In this document: positions 61,594 to 64,000 of the stretch, piece after piece
Layout of the letters: every line of letters starts with the position of its first letter
Position numbering within the stretch: position 1 is the first letter of the stretch
Assembly (NCBI GenBank): GCA_943788635.1
Contig: CALSRA010000039.1
Coordinates: 3,265-67,264, forward strand
Length of the DNA: 64,000 nucleotides
Source: an uncultured Alphaproteobacteria bacterium
Lineage (GTDB): Bacteria > Pseudomonadota > Alphaproteobacteria > UBA8366 > GCA-2717185
Reading direction: 5' to 3'
Notes under the pieces: model-generated
Databases searched by the model: none
Told to the model about the DNA's origin: nothing
What the model saw: the letters and a program-made list of their open reading frames with translations, nothing else
Program-made: the position numbers and the translations under genes

Positions 61594-62157
61594 ATGGTTC
61601 GATTGACAAAAATTTATACCCGTGGCGGCGACAAGGGGGAAACCTCGCTTGGCGACGGCAGCCGTGTGGCAAAACATGACCTGCGGGTTGCGGCGACGGG
61701 AACCGTTGATGAAGCCAACGCCACGATTGGCCTCGTGCGATTGCACTGTGACGGCGATGTCGACGGGATCCTGTCCCGGGTGCAAAACGATCTGTTCGAT
61801 CTTGGCGCGGATCTGTGCACGCCGGCGGACGGGGCCCGTGGTTCGGGGGCCCTGCGCGCCACGGAAGCCCAGGTCGTCTGGCTGGAAGGTGAAATCGACC
61901 GGGTTAACGCGGACCTGGCGCCTCTGAACAGTTTTGTCCTGCCCGGCGGGTCGCCCGCGGCGGCATATCTGCATCTTGGCCGTACGATAACGCGTCGCGC
62001 GGAACGGCTGGTGACAGAACTGGCGGCATCGGAAGCTGTCAGCGCACCCGTTATCGCCTATCTGAACCGTCTTTCCGATCTGTTGTTCGTGCTGGCGCGC
62101 GCCTGTAATGACAATGGCGCCGGGGATGTGCTGTGGGTGCCTGGCGCAAACCGCTGA
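61594..62157 (+). CDS. pduO: PduO-type ATP:cob(I)alamin adenosyltransferase
   Basis: 'KIYTRGGDKGET.L', 'GTVDEAN', 'QNDLFDLGADL', 'FVLPGG', 'RRAER', 'YLNRLSD.LF'. Confidence 0.95.
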   Translation: MVRLTKIYTRGGDKGETSLGDGSRVAKHDLRVAATGTVDEANATIGLVRLHCDGDVDGILSRVQNDLFDLGADLCTPADGARGSGALRATEAQVVWLEGEIDRVNADLAPLNSFVLPGGSPAAAYLHLGRTITRRAERLVTELAASEAVSAPVIAYLNRLSDLLFVLARACNDNGAGDVLWVPGANR

Positions 62158-62170
62158 TTGCGGCGCGGCA

Positions 62171-62977
62171 ATGATCCCTGAAGCCCTGCACTGGGCGCTG
62201 ACACCCGCACCCGGCTGGGCACGGCGCACAGGGTACCTGAGCGAATTAATCGCATTCCGTGCAAGGCACCGGCGCTGGCGGCAGCGTTGGGCGCCGCATC
62301 TTCAGGCATCGCAGGATGCCATTCGAATAGCCATGGCGCGCTGTACATCTCACCGCCAGGCACTTGTGCTTGGTTCCGGGCCGCTGCTGGATATTCCGCT
62401 GGCGGACCTTTCAGCAGCTTTTGAAACCGTGACTTTGGTTGATGCTGCCCATTTATGGCCGACACGGCTGACCGCGCGCCGGTTTCCCAATATACGCCTT
62501 GTCGAACGGGATATTTCGGGGGTGGTGCCGGGATTGCTGGAAGGGGTCGCGCATGGGTCGGACATTTTGCCGCGCCCGCGCCCAAAACTGCCGGAAGATC
62601 ACGCCACGGTCGATTTTGTCGTGTCCGCCAATCTACTCTCGCAGCTCGCGGTGCTGCCCCTGCAGTTCATGTCGCACCACGTATCGTTGACGCCAGCGGA
62701 ACAGACCGGGGTGATCCACAGCATGGTTCAGGCGCATCTGGATTACCTCAAGCAGTTTGACGCTATTTGCTGCCTGATCACCGATACGCGCCACGAATTT
62801 GTCGATCGCGATGGTGCGGTGGAAAATTTCGACAATTGTCTGCCCGGCATCATTTTGCCCCCGGATGACAGCTCATGGTGGTGGGACGTCGCCCCGCCGG
62901 GGGAATATTTGCCCGAATTCGGGGTGCGGGCGCGCGTGGTCGCGATCACCCAACGGCCTGCTGGCAGCGGGTTGTAG
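62171..62977 (+). CDS. Hypothetical protein, possible SAM/Rossmann-like fold
   Basis: 'ALVLGSGPLLDIPL', 'VTLVD', 'ERDISG', 'VVSANLLSQL'; 13 nt after pduO. Confidence 0.7.
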   Translation: MIPEALHWALTPAPGWARRTGYLSELIAFRARHRRWRQRWAPHLQASQDAIRIAMARCTSHRQALVLGSGPLLDIPLADLSAAFETVTLVDAAHLWPTRLTARRFPNIRLVERDISGVVPGLLEGVAHGSDILPRPRPKLPEDHATVDFVVSANLLSQLAVLPLQFMSHHVSLTPAEQTGVIHSMVQAHLDYLKQFDAICCLITDTRHEFVDRDGAVENFDNCLPGIILPPDDSSWWWDVAPPGEYLPEFGVRARVVAITQRPAGSGL

Positions 62978-63002
62978 CGGCAAAACGGCGCGGGGCGTCG
63001 CC

Positions 63003-63031
63003 TTGACACGGTTTCGAGGCAGGCCTAAACA
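63003..63031 (+). promoter_or_regulatory. Putative sigma70 promoter of etfBA
   Basis: TTGACA-N17-TAAACA about 40 nt upstream of the etfB ATG. Confidence 0.55.
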
Positions 63032-63070
63032 GGGCTCCGCGTCTGCCAAGAATGTAGGGAATTTATAGCG

Positions 63071-63824
63071 ATGAAAATCCTCGTCCCCGTCAAGCGGGTC
63101 GTCGATTACAACGTCAAGGTTCGTGTAAAATCGGACGGTACCGGCGTTGAAACGGCGAATGTGAAAATGTCGATGAACCCTTTCGACGAAATCGCCGTCG
63201 AAGAGGCGCTGCGCCTCAAGGAGGCCGGAAAGGCGGACGAAGTGATCGCCGTATCCATCGGTGTCCAGCAGTGCCAGGAAACCATCCGCACGGCATTGGC
63301 AATGGGCGCCGATCGCGGCGTTCTGGTCCTGACGGACGAAGACCTCGAGCCTCTCGCAGTTGCCAAGGCCCTGAAGGCCGTGGTCGAGAAAGAAGAGCCC
63401 CGATATTGTCATTCTCGGCAAGCAGGCAATCGATGACGACAGCAACCAGACCGGGCAGATGCTGTCCGCGCTGCTGGGCTGGAGCCAGGCCACGTTCGCG
63501 TCCAAGGTTGAAGTCGGCGACGGTTCGGCCGAAGTCACCCGCGAGATCGATGGCGGTCTGGAGACCATCAGCGTCAAGCTGCCGGATGATCGTGACCACC
63601 GATCTGCGCCTGAACGAGCCGCGCTATGCGTCGCTGCCGAACATCATGAAGGCGAAGAAAAAGACCGATCGACACGATGTCCCCGGCGGATATCGGCCTC
63701 GAAACGGCACCCCGGCTGAATGTGCTCAAGGTTGTCGAGCCCGCCGAAGCGGCAGGAAGGCGTGAAGGTGGCTGATGTCGCCGAACTCGTCGACAAGCTG
63801 CGGAACGAAGCGAAGGTGATCTGA
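63071..63824 (+). CDS. etfB: Electron transfer flavoprotein beta subunit, with four apparent +1 indels
   Basis: '[16 protein letters not shown]...[12 protein letters not shown]'. Frame-corrected segments read 'LGKQAIDDD', '[24 protein letters not shown]' and 'LRNEAKVI*'. Confidence 0.93.
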
Positions 63825-63826
63825 TC

Positions 63827-64000
63827 ATGGCAAATCTGGTAATTGCCGAGCATGACGGCTCGGTCGTAAAGCCCGCCACACTGAACGCGGTCACGGCCGC
63901 GACGGAAATCGGCGGCGATGTGGATCATGCTGGTCGCCGGCAGCGGTTGTGCGTGCGTGGCCGAGCCGCGGCCAGATCGCCGGCATTGGCAAGGTCCTGT
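63827..64000 (+). CDS. etfA: Electron transfer flavoprotein alpha subunit, N-terminal fragment with indels
   Basis: 'MANLVIAEHDG.VVKPATLNAVTAA' starting 2 nt after the etfB stop; runs off the window. Confidence 0.85.
   Translation, partial: MANLVIAEHDGSVVKPATLNAVTAATEIGGDVDHAGRRQRLCVRGRAAARSPALARSC

Overview
Core-chromosome segment of a high-GC alphaproteobacterium, probably Rhodospirillales-like (inferred from gene content and order). It holds about 66 CDS, nearly all housekeeping: meaB, rpmB, cobST, aroKB, xerD, accA, secA, argJ, mutT, comF, grxC, ubiG, lysC, rodZ, hisS, hemA(GluTR)-prfA-prmC, an aa3-type cytochrome c oxidase cluster, thrC, thrB, rnhA, recQ, recX, pduO and etfBA. There is one complete 1665-bp IS1380-family element with inverted repeats and a 5-bp target duplication. 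I saw no rRNA, tRNA, CRISPR array, prophage or defence island. Single-base insertions break secA, a lipoprotein gene and etfB/etfA; these are most likely sequencing errors. No clear new multi-gene system is evident. The best leads are: (i) a CblC/QueG-like 8-Cys Fe-S protein fused to a GNAT domain; (ii) absence of both ispG and ispH from their usual syntenic slots, suggesting MEP-pathway loss; (iii) the IS inserted in a TATAAT upstream of grxC; (iv) a long structured leader of the DUF4167 gene and a hairpin/G-quadruplex element upstream of recX; (v) an uncalled 46-aa membrane ORF. All family assignments come from motif recognition by eye; no searches were run, and synteny comparisons are from memory.
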